Shown here: positions 1 through 9,285 of the stretch, piece by piece
Numbering within the stretch: the first letter of the stretch is position 1
Layout of the letters: the number at the start of each line of letters is the position of its first letter
Source: a virus
Length of the DNA: 64,000 nucleotides
Strand: one strand, 5' to 3'
Virus record (IMG/VR): IMGVR_UViG_3300036818_000070
Span: 16,166-80,165 of that record
Translations under genes and position numbers: made by a program
Notes under the pieces: generated by a model
The model's input: only the letters and a program-made list of their open reading frames with translations
Database searches by the model: none
Told to the model about the DNA's origin: nothing

Positions 1-65
1 GTCTCCTGCTCGAAGCGCTCCTGGATGTGCGCCTCTTGCCCAAGGTCGGTAGTCAACATCGGCAT
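1..65 (-). CDS. Hypothetical protein, 5' part only (MPMLTTDLGQEAHIQERF...)
   Basis: ATG at 65 with AGGAG upstream; open to the window edge. Confidence 0.5.
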   Translation of the reverse strand, partial: MPMLTTDLGQEAHIQERFEQE

Positions 66-76
66 AAGCTCAGCTC

Positions 77-730
77 CTAGTACGGACAGTTGCCGAGCAG
101 GTCCTCGGCCTCCTGCATCGCAGAGTCCAGAAGGTCGGCGTTCTCAGCCTCCACGCGGGCGGTCTCGTCGCGCTCGTGGTCGGACCGGCGGCCCTCTAGG
201 TCCTCCTCTAGCTCGGCGAGCTGGTCCTCGTCAAGCTCGGCCGAGTTGTCAACGCCGAACAGGTCCAGGCATAGCTCCGCGCGCTCGCCGCCCTCATCGA
301 AGTCCTCGGGCTCGATCTCCTCCTCGGGCGAGAAGGACTCAAGCTCGGACTGCCAGCTCTCCAGTTCGTCGGCGCGCTCGGCGTTCTCGCCTTGGCCACC
401 GAACGACTCGGCGGCCTCGCGGTACTCCTCAACGACGGAGCTGACGCTCTCTGCGACCCGCTCGACGGCTTCCCGCACCTGCTCCACCATCTTGGCCTGC
501 CCGATATCGTCCTCGGCCGCCTCGATCTCTGCGTAGACCTCGGACATCTTGCCCTGGGTCAGCTCTGAGCGCTTCGGGTAGTGGTCAGAGCACCGGAAGT
601 GCGCGCCGCCGTAGCGGAACTCCCAGGTGAAGTACTTCTCGCCGGGCTGGATGACATGGCCACAGCCGGACGCACCACAGCGGCGCTCTCGGCCAGCCTT
701 GTTCTTGGTGTGGGTATGAACGCGGGGCAT
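77..730 (-). CDS. Acidic coiled-coil protein with N-terminal Cys/His cluster
   Basis: CxxxxC...CxxH N-terminus; very E/D-rich remainder; GGAGTCTGGC motif before ATG. Confidence 0.75.
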   Translation of the reverse strand: MPRVHTHTKNKAGRERRCGASGCGHVIQPGEKYFTWEFRYGGAHFRCSDHYPKRSELTQGKMSEVYAEIEAAEDDIGQAKMVEQVREAVERVAESVSSVVEEYREAAESFGGQGENAERADELESWQSELESFSPEEEIEPEDFDEGGERAELCLDLFGVDNSAELDEDQLAELEEDLEGRRSDHERDETARVEAENADLLDSAMQEAEDLLGNCPY

Positions 731-732
731 TC

Positions 733-742
733 GCCAGACTCC
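733..742 (-). promoter_or_regulatory. Start-associated motif GGAGTCTGGC, copy 1
   Basis: GGAGTCTGGCGA-ATG(730). Confidence 0.75.
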
Positions 743-757
743 TCGTTGCTTCGGTGG

Positions 758-1075
758 TTAGGTAAGTTCGATCGGCTCCGGGGCGCCCTCGCGGTTCGCC
801 CAGAAGTCGTCCTGCGCGCGTCGCACGGCCGCCAGCGCGGCCCTCAGCGATATGTCGTAGGTCTTGGCCATGCGCTTCGCGCTGCGTCGCGCCAGCCGGT
901 CACGGTCGCCACGCTGGATCAGCGCATGACACGGCGGACACGCCGCCCAACCGCCAGCGCTACCCCAGTCGGGGATCTCCGATGGTGTCTTGATGATGAA
1001 GTCGCGCGCCGGGTATGCGTAGCGCACGTCCGGCGACGAGCAGAAGTCACACTCTCCGTTCGGGTCCTTCTTCAT
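758..1075 (-). CDS. Small Zn-binding protein
   Basis: CDFC...WAACPPCH; GGAGG RBS; ATGA overlap with upstream gene. Confidence 0.7.
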   Translation of the reverse strand: MKKDPNGECDFCSSPDVRYAYPARDFIIKTPSEIPDWGSAGGWAACPPCHALIQRGDRDRLARRSAKRMAKTYDISLRAALAAVRRAQDDFWANREGAPEPIELT

Positions 1076-1539
1076 GCCGCAACCCTCCGGTTCGCCCACG
1101 GGTCAGGCTCCGGACGACGCCGACCACCCTCCCCGTCGTCCTGACTAGGCGGCCAACTCTGCGCGCTGTCCGCCTTCACGTACCAGACCCACACACCGGT
1201 CCAGCCCTCAATCGGCGTGGACGCTCCCGTCTCCTCGTCCACGACGTAGACGATGCTGCGACGAATGCCGAGTAGCTCGAAGCCATAGTCGGTGGGCACG
1301 ACGACCACACGTTCGTGCGCGTGGATGTCGTTAGGCTTGACGAACCGTGCGTAGTGACCGCGATAGCGACGTTCGTAGGTGACGCAGCCAGCCTGCATCC
1401 AGCGGTGATCTGGCCCGTGGTCGGTCCTGTCGGCCAGGTGCTTGCCTTGGCGGTGCGTCGCGGCCAGGTAGTGACGCTGGAACCGTGAGAGTGACGCCCA
1501 CCACTCGGGTGTGGCGCCGGGGCCGTAGGTGATCTTCAT
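1072..1539 (-). CDS. Hypothetical protein (MKITYGPG...)
   Basis: ATGA overlaps on both sides. Confidence 0.6.
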   Translation of the reverse strand: MKITYGPGATPEWWASLSRFQRHYLAATHRQGKHLADRTDHGPDHRWMQAGCVTYERRYRGHYARFVKPNDIHAHERVVVVPTDYGFELLGIRRSIVYVVDEETGASTPIEGWTGVWVWYVKADSAQSWPPSQDDGEGGRRRPEPDPWANRRVAA

Positions 1540-2708
1540 TGAGCCAGCTCCAGTGCTCGTGTGATTCCGTCTTCGGTGAGTTGGCGACCGCCGTGCGTGA
1601 CACACACGAGGCCCTCGCCGATAAGGTAGGGCTCGACAAACAGCGAGACAGCCTTGGTGTCGCGCGAGTGGCCGAGCGCGGTGGCGATCGTGTTGACCGA
1701 CGCCTGGTAGACGACCTCGCCGCGGCCCTTGGTTCGGCGCGAGCCGAGGAGCGTCGTAAGCATGCGCTGCATGTCGATCGTCAAGCCGTCCCACGTGCAG
1801 CCGTTCAGGTCGAAGACGACCTCGTCGGCCACGTGAGCGTCGAGTATCGCGCCGGGCGCCATGATGTCCTGCGCATTGCGCACGAACGTGTTGAGCTGGC
1901 GCGGGATGCGACGCGATGCACGGCCGAGCCGGATGGCGGCGACGTCGGTGATCGTTAGGCCGAGCGCGTGAGCGTTGGCTATGGCCATGTCGCGCATGTC
2001 CTCCCACGTGTAGGGGTCGAGCACTAGCCGCAGCGGGAAGCGGTTCAGGAACGCCTCGGGCAGCAGGCCCTCGTCGGTGGTGGCGCCGACGAACGTGACA
2101 GCAGGGAAGGGCAACATGTGACCCTCAACCGGTAGTCGGCGGTCCTCCATGATGTGGTAGAAGTCCTCCGGATCGGCAGCTTGCGAGACGCCGCGTCGAT
2201 CTCCACTGACTTGCTGGTGGATCTCGTCCACGATGACGACGTCGCCGTCCTTGAGCTGGCGCTGCATCTGGCGCAGCACGGCGTGCGTGACTGGTGCCTT
2301 GACTTGGTACACCGTGCGGCCGAGTTCGTGTGCGGCGACCTGAGCGATCGTCGTCTTGCCGGTGCCAGACGCGCCAGTGACCATTGTGTGACTGAGTGGA
2401 CGGCCGGACGCCTGAACGTTGGCGACAATGCGCGCCATCAACGTCTTCAGACGGTGCTGCCCGATCATCTGGTCGAACGTCGCCGGACGCAGCCGGTTGG
2501 CTGAGCGGTCATCGAACTCCAGCGGGCGCAGCTCGACGTGCTCGTCGCCATTGCGCAGATTGGCAGCGGCGCGCTGGTAGGCGGCGTGATAGGCGATCTC
2601 GCCGTAGCCGGTTGGCAGCGGCACGGCCGGTTGGCAGCGGCGCGCTTCGCGGATCGCGTGAGCCGCTGCGTGGTGCCCTGCGTGCTCAGCTACTGACTCG
2701 TGGGACAT
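1536..2708 (-). CDS. ruvB: RuvB-like Holliday junction AAA+ ATPase
   Basis: LRPATFDQMIGQ, Walker A GASGTGKTT, VDEIH, VGATT..GLL...FLNRF, C-terminal VEPYLI...GRQLT. Confidence 0.88.
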   Translation of the reverse strand: MSHESVAEHAGHHAAAHAIREARRCQPAVPLPTGYGEIAYHAAYQRAAANLRNGDEHVELRPLEFDDRSANRLRPATFDQMIGQHRLKTLMARIVANVQASGRPLSHTMVTGASGTGKTTIAQVAAHELGRTVYQVKAPVTHAVLRQMQRQLKDGDVVIVDEIHQQVSGDRRGVSQAADPEDFYHIMEDRRLPVEGHMLPFPAVTFVGATTDEGLLPEAFLNRFPLRLVLDPYTWEDMRDMAIANAHALGLTITDVAAIRLGRASRRIPRQLNTFVRNAQDIMAPGAILDAHVADEVVFDLNGCTWDGLTIDMQRMLTTLLGSRRTKGRGEVVYQASVNTIATALGHSRDTKAVSLFVEPYLIGEGLVCVTHGGRQLTEDGITRALELAQ

Positions 2709-2738
2709 GGCGCCTCACTCAGGAATGGATGGGGTAGA

Positions 2739-2747
2739 AGTGTAGCA
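2739..2747 (-). promoter_or_regulatory. Putative extended -10 promoter (TGCTACACT)
   Basis: Intergenic, upstream of ruvB-like gene; similar boxes at 3792-3800 (TGTTACGCT) and 6970-6977 (GCTACACT). Confidence 0.45.
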
Positions 2748-2770
2748 TCGTGCGACAGAAGATGGGACTG

Positions 2771-3754
2771 CTAAACGCCCAGCAGTTGGCGGAGTTGAGC
2801 GTTCAGCACGTCCAGGTGAGCGGTCACGTCGTCCTGCTCCTCGCGGAGCGCTTCGGCGTACTGCGCAGCGCGCCGCTTGAGCTGCTCAAGGCGGCGGAAG
2901 TGGTGCTGGCGAACGTTGTCACGAACGCCGCGCTTGCGGTCCTCGCGCAACAGGTCGCGAACCTCGCCGATCTCCTCCTCGATGTCGGCGAGACTGTTGG
3001 CCACGTGCTGGCGACGGATCATGTCACGCTCGGTCGCCCCGTCGGCCATCGGCACCGAGTACAGACCGGCGCTGGCGTGGTCGGGGTACATCTCCGACAG
3101 GAAGTCGGCGAGCGATGCGACCTGATCGGCGTAACGGGCAAGCACGAAGTACACACCGCCAGCCTTGCCGCGCATGTTCTCGCCGCTCAGCCCGACCTTG
3201 CCCGCCTGCTCGTCGTCGTCGTTCTTGAGGTAGTCGCGGACGAGCGAGCGCACTTTAGCGCCAGTGATCGCCTTGACATTGGCCTCGAACCGCTCCTGGA
3301 TCGACTCCATGATCGGCAGGACGTCCTTGCGCGGGATCTCGCCGAGGGCGTCGAAGTCGGTGTCACGACGCTCGGGGTGGTACTTGACTCGCAGCGCCTT
3401 GGGGTAGCTGACGAGCTGCTCGTCGGCGTCCTTGACGACGCGGCTGAGCTGGTAGACGATGTAGCCGTCGTTGGTGGGGATGTCGCGGACGTCCGTTTCC
3501 ATCACCGTGCCGTCGGGTAGCGCGATGCGGCCCTCCTCGCCACGCACGGCGCGACGGAAAGCGTTGACCTCGCCCGGCGCCTTCGGCAGCGGCTTGGGGT
3601 CGAGCCCCGAGAGCTGCCAGACTCGGCGCAGCTTGCGCACCGAGACGTCCACGTCTGGCACCGAGTACCAAACGATGTAGCCGAGCGGCGTTACGCCACT
3701 GTCGGCGCTGATCGCGACCATCTGGCGCGGATCAGTCAGTGTGGTGGGAGTCAT
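2771..3754 (-). CDS. Conserved hypothetical protein, DUF6744/DUF3150-like (family recalled, unverified)
   Basis: LGYIVWYSV, GGVYFV motifs; helical C-terminus; adjacent to VWA and MoxR genes. Confidence 0.6.
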   Translation of the reverse strand: MTPTTLTDPRQMVAISADSGVTPLGYIVWYSVPDVDVSVRKLRRVWQLSGLDPKPLPKAPGEVNAFRRAVRGEEGRIALPDGTVMETDVRDIPTNDGYIVYQLSRVVKDADEQLVSYPKALRVKYHPERRDTDFDALGEIPRKDVLPIMESIQERFEANVKAITGAKVRSLVRDYLKNDDDEQAGKVGLSGENMRGKAGGVYFVLARYADQVASLADFLSEMYPDHASAGLYSVPMADGATERDMIRRQHVANSLADIEEEIGEVRDLLREDRKRGVRDNVRQHHFRRLEQLKRRAAQYAEALREEQDDVTAHLDVLNAQLRQLLGV

Positions 3755-3819
3755 CAGCGGTTAGCTCCTGTTACGGATGAATGGAAGTTGCAGCGTAACA
3801 GCCGCTGCGGTCGATCTGG

Positions 3820-5511
3820 TCAGGTGATGTGGGTGGCCAGCTCGGCGGTTGCCTGGCTGGGGTCCTGTAGCTCGAAGTCGTGCACTGGCACGACCGCCGA
3901 GCAGTAGTCGGCTAGGTACTTGAAGGGGCCGTTACCGATCGCGATGCCGAACAGTCGCACGCCCATCTCTATGAGCTGGTCGCGCAGCCGCTTGTCCTCG
4001 GGACCGAAGCTGGCCTCGCCGTCGCCGATCATCACAAGATCGGCCTTACGGAAGTCGGCAGCGTCCTCCATGATCTTCACGGCGCCAGCGACACCTTGGA
4101 TTGGTGATGTGCCGCCGCCGAAGAAGTGCGACGCCATGTCAACGATCTCCTGCGCGCCGAGCGCCTTCTTCGCGGGCATGACCCACGCCTCGACCTGTCG
4201 GGCGTCAGCGAACTCCACGCAAGCGAAGTCACGCTTCTCCAGCCGCGCGATGTGAAGAAGACACATGGCCACTGCGCGAGCCCAGATGTTGCGCTCGCCG
4301 TTCATTGAGTAGCTGCCGTCCACGACGACCACAATCGGGCCGCGTCCGGCATGCTCCTCGCCGACGGTGGCGAAGCACAGCAGCTCCTGGCTGGCGTAGC
4401 GGACAAGAAAGTCGTCCTCGGTGTCCTCGTCGGCCAGCAGCGCCAGCTCAGCTGGCAGCACGCGCTGAAGGTTGTCGCCGAACTCAACGTCAACGATCTC
4501 GTCGTTGCCGCCGACGACTCGCTTGGACCGCTGGAAGCGGATGTCACGGTCAAGCCGACCGAAGCGCTCAGCCATCGCTCGGAGCTGCGGGTTGTTCGCC
4601 CACATCTCAGCGATCGTCAGCGCCTGCTCGGGCGACTCGTACGTCGGCTCTCCGGCGCCGAAGCCAGCACCGAAGCTCGGGATGCCAGCGGCGCCGCTTG
4701 CGGCCTCGCCAGCCGCAGCAGCAGCAGCCTGGATCGCCTGCATCGCAGCCGCCGACATCGGCGTCTGGCTTGCGGCAGCGCCGAGCGCCGCCTGCTGTGC
4801 TGCGCGTCGCTCCTGCACCGCTGCGCCGATCTGCTGCTTGAGCACGTCGGGGACAGGCAGTCCCTGCTGGTGCAGGTCTTTGGCTTGCTGGCGCATGAAG
4901 TCGAGCTGGTCGCTTGCGTCCTGCGCCTGCTGCGCGTGCTGCTGATACTCCTCGGCCTCGCGCATCTGCTGCTCAAGCTCGTCGCCGAGCACTTGCTTCA
5001 GTGCGTTGACGGCGGCCATTGTCGCGATAGCTGCCGTGGTCGGATTGTCGCGCGTGATGTTGCGCGCCTGCGCGTGATCGTCGGTGGTCATCAGCTTCGG
5101 CATGACACGCTTGTGCAGTTCGACGCCCGGATCAACGGGCTCGACCAGCTCGGGCATGTCATGCGTGTGATAGCTGTAGAACACGTCGCGCGTCAGCTTG
5201 TCCCAGACGCTATAGGTGGGCGCGTTCTCTCGTGCCTCGCGAGCGGCCTTCATCGCCTGCTGATAGGCGACGAACTCGTCGGGCGACGCTGTGGTCATGT
5301 CGATCGGGTCAGGGTCCGGGACATCTGGCGTGACCACTGGAGCGTCCTCGATCGCGATGCGACGAAACCTGGGGGAGTCGTCGGTGTAGTTGTCGAACTC
5401 CATCGAGTCGATCGAATCGTGGGTCACCACGCTATCGGGCAACTTCAGTCGCGACGTACCGATCTTGCGACCGCCGCGACCAAGAAAGTCGGTCAGTGAA
5501 ATGATCGGCAC
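3820..5511 (-). CDS. VWA-domain protein (ViaA/CoxE-like)
   Basis: MIDAS VVVVDGSYSM, FFGGGT, IGDGEA; GDNLQRVLPAELALL motif. Confidence 0.88.
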   Translation of the reverse strand: MPIISLTDFLGRGGRKIGTSRLKLPDSVVTHDSIDSMEFDNYTDDSPRFRRIAIEDAPVVTPDVPDPDPIDMTTASPDEFVAYQQAMKAAREARENAPTYSVWDKLTRDVFYSYHTHDMPELVEPVDPGVELHKRVMPKLMTTDDHAQARNITRDNPTTAAIATMAAVNALKQVLGDELEQQMREAEEYQQHAQQAQDASDQLDFMRQQAKDLHQQGLPVPDVLKQQIGAAVQERRAAQQAALGAAASQTPMSAAAMQAIQAAAAAAGEAASGAAGIPSFGAGFGAGEPTYESPEQALTIAEMWANNPQLRAMAERFGRLDRDIRFQRSKRVVGGNDEIVDVEFGDNLQRVLPAELALLADEDTEDDFLVRYASQELLCFATVGEEHAGRGPIVVVVDGSYSMNGERNIWARAVAMCLLHIARLEKRDFACVEFADARQVEAWVMPAKKALGAQEIVDMASHFFGGGTSPIQGVAGAVKIMEDAADFRKADLVMIGDGEASFGPEDKRLRDQLIEMGVRLFGIAIGNGPFKYLADYCSAVVPVHDFELQDPSQATAELATHIT

Positions 5512-5514
5512 GGG

Positions 5515-5715
5515 TCAGTCCTCGCTATAGGGTTGTAGGGGTTGGCGGTCGATGTAATGGCGCCAGGCGTCCTGCGCGCCGCGATTGAATGGCGTGGCAC
5601 TCATGCTGCGCAGGTGCTGTTCGAGCCCGTGCCTGGCGACGGCGAGCGACGGTTGCTCGTGCGCGAGCCACTCGCACTGCGCGTCGTAGCCACGCGCGTA
5701 TTCGTCGCGTGCCAT
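5515..5715 (-). CDS. Small hypothetical protein
   Basis: Fills the gap between AAA and VWA genes; GAGG upstream. Confidence 0.55.
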   Translation of the reverse strand: MARDEYARGYDAQCEWLAHEQPSLAVARHGLEQHLRSMSATPFNRGAQDAWRHYIDRQPLQPYSED

Positions 5716-5720
5716 GCGTC

Positions 5721-6941
5721 TCAGTCCTCGTCGTCGTCCGCGCCGGAGAGCTGTTGCTGCGCCCACTCGTCAATGCGCTTGATCTCGGACGCGACCTCTT
5801 CGAGCATCGTGACGTCCTGGCCCTGGTCTTTGCCGGTGCGGATCTGCGAGTTGACCTCCTTGCCCAGCGTTCGTGCCTGGCGGATCAGCTTGAAGCCTTC
5901 GCCGAGCAGGTCGCCGGTCGCAGTGTCGTCGCCCTGGGCCACGACCAACTTCGGGCGCAGCTCCTCCATCTGGGCGAGAATCGGTTCGAGTGCCTCGCGC
6001 GCACGCTCAGCCTTGCGGGTGAACACGCTGGCGAACTCCAGCACGACCTCGCGGGCGCTGTCGGCGTCGTCGGGGTGGTTCCAGGCCATGTGCTGGCACG
6101 GCAGGAAGTCATCGGCCACAACATCGTCGCGCCCGTGCATCCATGCGTGAGCCTTGACGACCTTCCACATCTGACCAATGCGGCGCTGTGATGGCGGATG
6201 ACCGGCCTCGGTCCACTTCTGCTGCGCGTCCACCATGATCTGGCGGCACGCGTCGTTGACCGTGACCTTGTGGATCTCGGTACGGATCGCCTTGATCTCG
6301 TCCAGCGTCAGCGGCTCAAGGTTCGATGTGTCCAGCCCGTTGAGCTGGAAGTCGAGCTGAAGATCGGTGACAGCACGCCGACCCTCTGGCGTGCGCACTT
6401 CGCGCACGAACTTGGTGATGCCGATACGGTCACGGAACGCCTGCAAGTCCTCGCGGTCCGGTAGTTCGTTGCTCGACATGAAGATCGTCAGGAGCTGCGA
6501 GCAGTCGAGCACCGTGCCGCCGGTCTTCAGCACACGGTTCGCGAGCAGGTCGAGCAGCGGGTTGAGCATCGGCGGCGACGCCTTGAAGATCTCGTCCGCG
6601 TAGCCGAAGTTCGCCGACGGCAGGTAGCCATCGGTCAATCGCGCGATCTGACCAGCCTTCATCGCCATGATGTCGCGCGGACCGAGCACCTCGTCGGCAC
6701 TCTGGTCCTTCGCGAAAAGGTGCGAGAACAGCTTCATGTCGGTCAGGCAGTGATCGACCAGACCTTCGATCATCCACGTCTTGCCGGTGCCAGGAGGGCC
6801 GAGGAAGAGCGTGTCAACGCCCGAGACGAGCGCGACCATTGCCAGGTCGATGTCCTCGTTGCGCTCGACGTTGTGAGCCTTGAGCCAGCCCGTGATTTCG
6901 TTGAATCGGGTGAGCATGGGGGATGCAGCGGTTGTGGCCAT
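5721..6941 (-). CDS. MoxR-family AAA+ ATPase (RavA-like)
   Basis: GPPGTGKT, ADEIFKASPPMLNPLL, SSNELP, AFRDR. Confidence 0.9.
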   Translation of the reverse strand: MATTAASPMLTRFNEITGWLKAHNVERNEDIDLAMVALVSGVDTLFLGPPGTGKTWMIEGLVDHCLTDMKLFSHLFAKDQSADEVLGPRDIMAMKAGQIARLTDGYLPSANFGYADEIFKASPPMLNPLLDLLANRVLKTGGTVLDCSQLLTIFMSSNELPDREDLQAFRDRIGITKFVREVRTPEGRRAVTDLQLDFQLNGLDTSNLEPLTLDEIKAIRTEIHKVTVNDACRQIMVDAQQKWTEAGHPPSQRRIGQMWKVVKAHAWMHGRDDVVADDFLPCQHMAWNHPDDADSAREVVLEFASVFTRKAERAREALEPILAQMEELRPKLVVAQGDDTATGDLLGEGFKLIRQARTLGKEVNSQIRTGKDQGQDVTMLEEVASEIKRIDEWAQQQLSGADDDED

Positions 6942-6945
6942 TGTC

Positions 6946-6955
6946 GCCAGACTCC
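6946..6955 (-). promoter_or_regulatory. Start-associated motif, copy 2
   Basis: AACAAACGAACTGGAGTCTGGCGACA-ATG(6941). Confidence 0.75.
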
Positions 6956-6983
6956 AGTTCGTTTGTTGTAGTGTAGCGCTACG

Positions 6984-7694
6984 CTACAGCCGGATGGATG
7001 TTTCGTGTGACTGTGCGAGGGAGCCGACTGTCACAACGTCGGCGCAGGCCCAGTGAAACGCCTCGGCCTGCTCGCGTTCGATCAGCGTGCGCTGCCAGTT
7101 AGCGGATGACAGCCCCTCGTGGCGCACGCCGCCGATGTCCTCCGACCACACGTCGCCGATGAAGCCCCAGCACGAATCGAGCGTGCCTCCGTCCTCGTCT
7201 TTGACCACGTAGCCGTAGACCTCGCCGTTGTACCAGTGCGCGAACTCCTCGGCGTTCGCTTCGACATAGCTGCGAGCCATCGCCGGGTCGCCGGAGAATT
7301 GACCGAGCAGCTCGTCGGCCGTGAACATCCACGCCAGGTTCGCGCGCTCGGCATCGTCGGTCACGTCGAGCGACGCGGTACCCGAACCGTGGTTGTTCGA
7401 CGCCCAGTCGAGCAGCACGACAAGTTCGACGTCGTGGTCGGCGCCGAGCGCCTGTTCGAGTGTGCGCGCCTGCCAGTCTTCGCGCTCGAAGTCATCGCTG
7501 ACGTCTATCTCAAGCTCCGGCTCGGCGATCTCCTCGAAACCGTCCGGCACGTGGCCGTTATAGCTGTGATCGCCCCAGCCGACGCGCTTGCCGACCTCGT
7601 CGCGCTCGACTAGCGGGTTGTCCATGCCGCCCTCGTCGTAGTACAGCTCGACCGTGAGCCCTGCGTGCTCGAAGGTGTCGATGGGCTCCATCAC
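6984..7694 (-). CDS. Highly acidic phage protein (GEVYGY...DSCWGF)
   Basis: D/E-rich; motif recalled from phage early-region proteins. Confidence 0.7.
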   Translation of the reverse strand: MMEPIDTFEHAGLTVELYYDEGGMDNPLVERDEVGKRVGWGDHSYNGHVPDGFEEIAEPELEIDVSDDFEREDWQARTLEQALGADHDVELVVLLDWASNNHGSGTASLDVTDDAERANLAWMFTADELLGQFSGDPAMARSYVEANAEEFAHWYNGEVYGYVVKDEDGGTLDSCWGFIGDVWSEDIGGVRHEGLSSANWQRTLIEREQAEAFHWACADVVTVGSLAQSHETSIRL

Positions 7695-8026
7695 TCGTCC
7701 TCCGGATCATCGGCAAACTCCAGCACCGTGCGGAAGTTCGCGTAGTCATCGTCGCTGCCCTCGCGAAAATGCCGGAAGACTCCGTAGTGGTTGCCCGGTT
7801 CGTCAACAGCCGGGTCGCCGGTCAGGCCGAGATAGACGAACACGTTGCTCAGCGGCTGGTCGTAATCGTCGTCCTCGCTGGACGGATTGAAGTACAGGTA
7901 CGCGGGCGTCTCAACACTCGGGTGCGTGCAGATGTAGCCCGCGCGGCCACGTTGGTCGATGTATGGGGTATAGGTGGTCCCGTGCTCGTCGGTAGTGGCG
8001 CGAGACGGAAAGCGCGTGATCTTCAT
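7691..8026 (-). CDS. Hypothetical protein
   Basis: Motif-preceded ATG; overlaps next gene by 4 bp. Confidence 0.65.
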   Translation of the reverse strand: MKITRFPSRATTDEHGTTYTPYIDQRGRAGYICTHPSVETPAYLYFNPSSEDDDYDQPLSNVFVYLGLTGDPAVDEPGNHYGVFRHFREGSDDDYANFRTVLEFADDPEDE

Positions 8027-8030
8027 TAGT

Positions 8031-8040
8031 GCCAGACTCC
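8031..8040 (-). promoter_or_regulatory. Start-associated motif, copy 3
   Basis: AACAAGCGAACTGGAGTCTGGCACTA-ATG(8026). Confidence 0.75.
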
Positions 8041-8050
8041 AGTTCGCTTG

Positions 8051-8215
8051 TTAGATCGGTTCGACGTCGCGGAAGACGGTCCAGTTGGTCAGCCAATCGC
8101 GGCCGGTCATTACCCACACGGCGCGCACATCGTCAACGCGTTCGATGTCCTCGACCTCGGCCTCGTAGGTGAGTTCGACCACCGACACGACGCGCTCGGT
8201 GATGCGGACCTTCAC
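8051..8215 (-). CDS. 54-aa hypothetical protein (MKVRITERVV...), not in ORF track
   Basis: GTGA overlap with upstream stop; fills the gap exactly. Confidence 0.6.
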   Translation of the reverse strand: MKVRITERVVSVVELTYEAEVEDIERVDDVRAVWVMTGRDWLTNWTVFRDVEPI

Positions 8216-8487
8216 GACGTCACCAGTCCGTCGATGTAGTCCTTGGCGCTCCTAACGGCTTGGTGCCAATGGGCAACCTCGTCCCGAGCAAGCGCGAGAT
8301 CATGCGCGCCGGAGTTGGGTTCGTAGATCGACCACTCCCACACCTTGACCAGCACGGACGATCGGGTCATCACGAGGCGGGTCTCGATCAGGTGGCCGCG
8401 ATACTCGCCAGTCAGGTAAGTCGGCGAGCCGGTCGCGGACGGTTCGGCCATGCGCCACTCGATGTCGTGGGCGAGCACCGCTACCAC
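8212..8487 (-). CDS. Hypothetical protein
   Basis: Tightly packed in the leftward operon; start approximate. Confidence 0.55.
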   Translation of the reverse strand: MVAVLAHDIEWRMAEPSATGSPTYLTGEYRGHLIETRLVMTRSSVLVKVWEWSIYEPNSGAHDLALARDEVAHWHQAVRSAKDYIDGLVTS

Positions 8488-8948
8488 CCCGAGCGCGTGA
8501 GTTCGCGGCCGTCGCGGTGGATGAGTCGCCGACCGCCGTTGCTCGGGCTGCCGACGTAGTGCACGTCCGGTTCGCGGTCGGGTAGGTCGCACATCACGCG
8601 GAGTTGGTCGCGTTCGATCATGCGCAGCTCAATCGCGAAGTCGATCGGTCGTGACTCTCGCGCAACCCACTCGCCGCCGATGCGGCGCATGTGCCGATGA
8701 ATGGCGCCGTTCGCTTGCGCGAGCGCCAGCGCGCCGCTGACGCCGCTCTGGTGCTGCGTGGTGGTCATCGAGAACTTGTGCAGCGTCTGACGGAACACCA
8801 CGAGCCGCGAGCCGACGAGCTGTCGGTGGCAGATCGGCTCCTCGTAGCTGTAGAGCGCCAGACCGTGGGGCGCGTAGCGGATCGACAGGCTGTTCGCATG
8901 GCCGTGCTCGCCAGCGATAAATGCCTCGATCACGTCGTCGTTCGTCAT
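8481..8948 (-). CDS. Hypothetical protein (LYSYEEPI...FSMTTTQHQ)
   Basis: Motif-preceded ATG; SY...S.TT..HQ pattern recalled from phage early proteins. Confidence 0.65.
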   Translation of the reverse strand: MTNDDVIEAFIAGEHGHANSLSIRYAPHGLALYSYEEPICHRQLVGSRLVVFRQTLHKFSMTTTQHQSGVSGALALAQANGAIHRHMRRIGGEWVARESRPIDFAIELRMIERDQLRVMCDLPDREPDVHYVGSPSNGGRRLIHRDGRELTRSGW

Positions 8949-8954
8949 TGGGTC

Positions 8955-8964
8955 GCCAGACTCC
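8955..8964 (-). promoter_or_regulatory. Start-associated motif, copy 4
   Basis: AAGGAGTCTGGCGACCCA-ATG(8948). Confidence 0.75.
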
Positions 8965-9252
8965 TTAGTCGATGAGGGATTCGCCACAGTGCCCGCAATA
9001 CGCGCCGTCTTCTTCGGCGTTACAGGCCAAGATGACCTTCGGGAAGCCGCCCGAATCGAAGCTCTGTTCGTCGTCGCGGTCGATGCCGAATGCCTGCGCA
9101 ATCTCGCCGAGATTCGCCTCGACGTTCATGCCGATGGCAGTCGCCCAACCGTCGAAGCGCTGGCCAGGTCCCGTCGGCAGCGCCTCGATCACACAGAACG
9201 GGCAGTGGACGTCGGCTTGGTAGATGTAGCCAACGATCGTGTCGCTTCGCAT
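8965..9252 (-). CDS. Small Zn-binding protein
   Basis: CPFC...CGHCG; motif-preceded ATG. Confidence 0.7.
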   Translation of the reverse strand: MRSDTIVGYIYQADVHCPFCVIEALPTGPGQRFDGWATAIGMNVEANLGEIAQAFGIDRDDEQSFDSGGFPKVILACNAEEDGAYCGHCGESLID

Positions 9253-9257
9253 GGGTC

Positions 9258-9267
9258 GCCAGACTCC
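9258..9267 (-). promoter_or_regulatory. Start-associated motif, copy 5
   Basis: CAGGAGTCTGGCGACCC-ATG(9252). Confidence 0.75.
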
Positions 9268-9285
9268 TGTTCGTAGGTGTGACAG

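Noticed and set aside
3616-3625. GCCAGACTCG near-match to the start motif
   Set aside because: Mismatch in the GGAG core and lies inside a coding region
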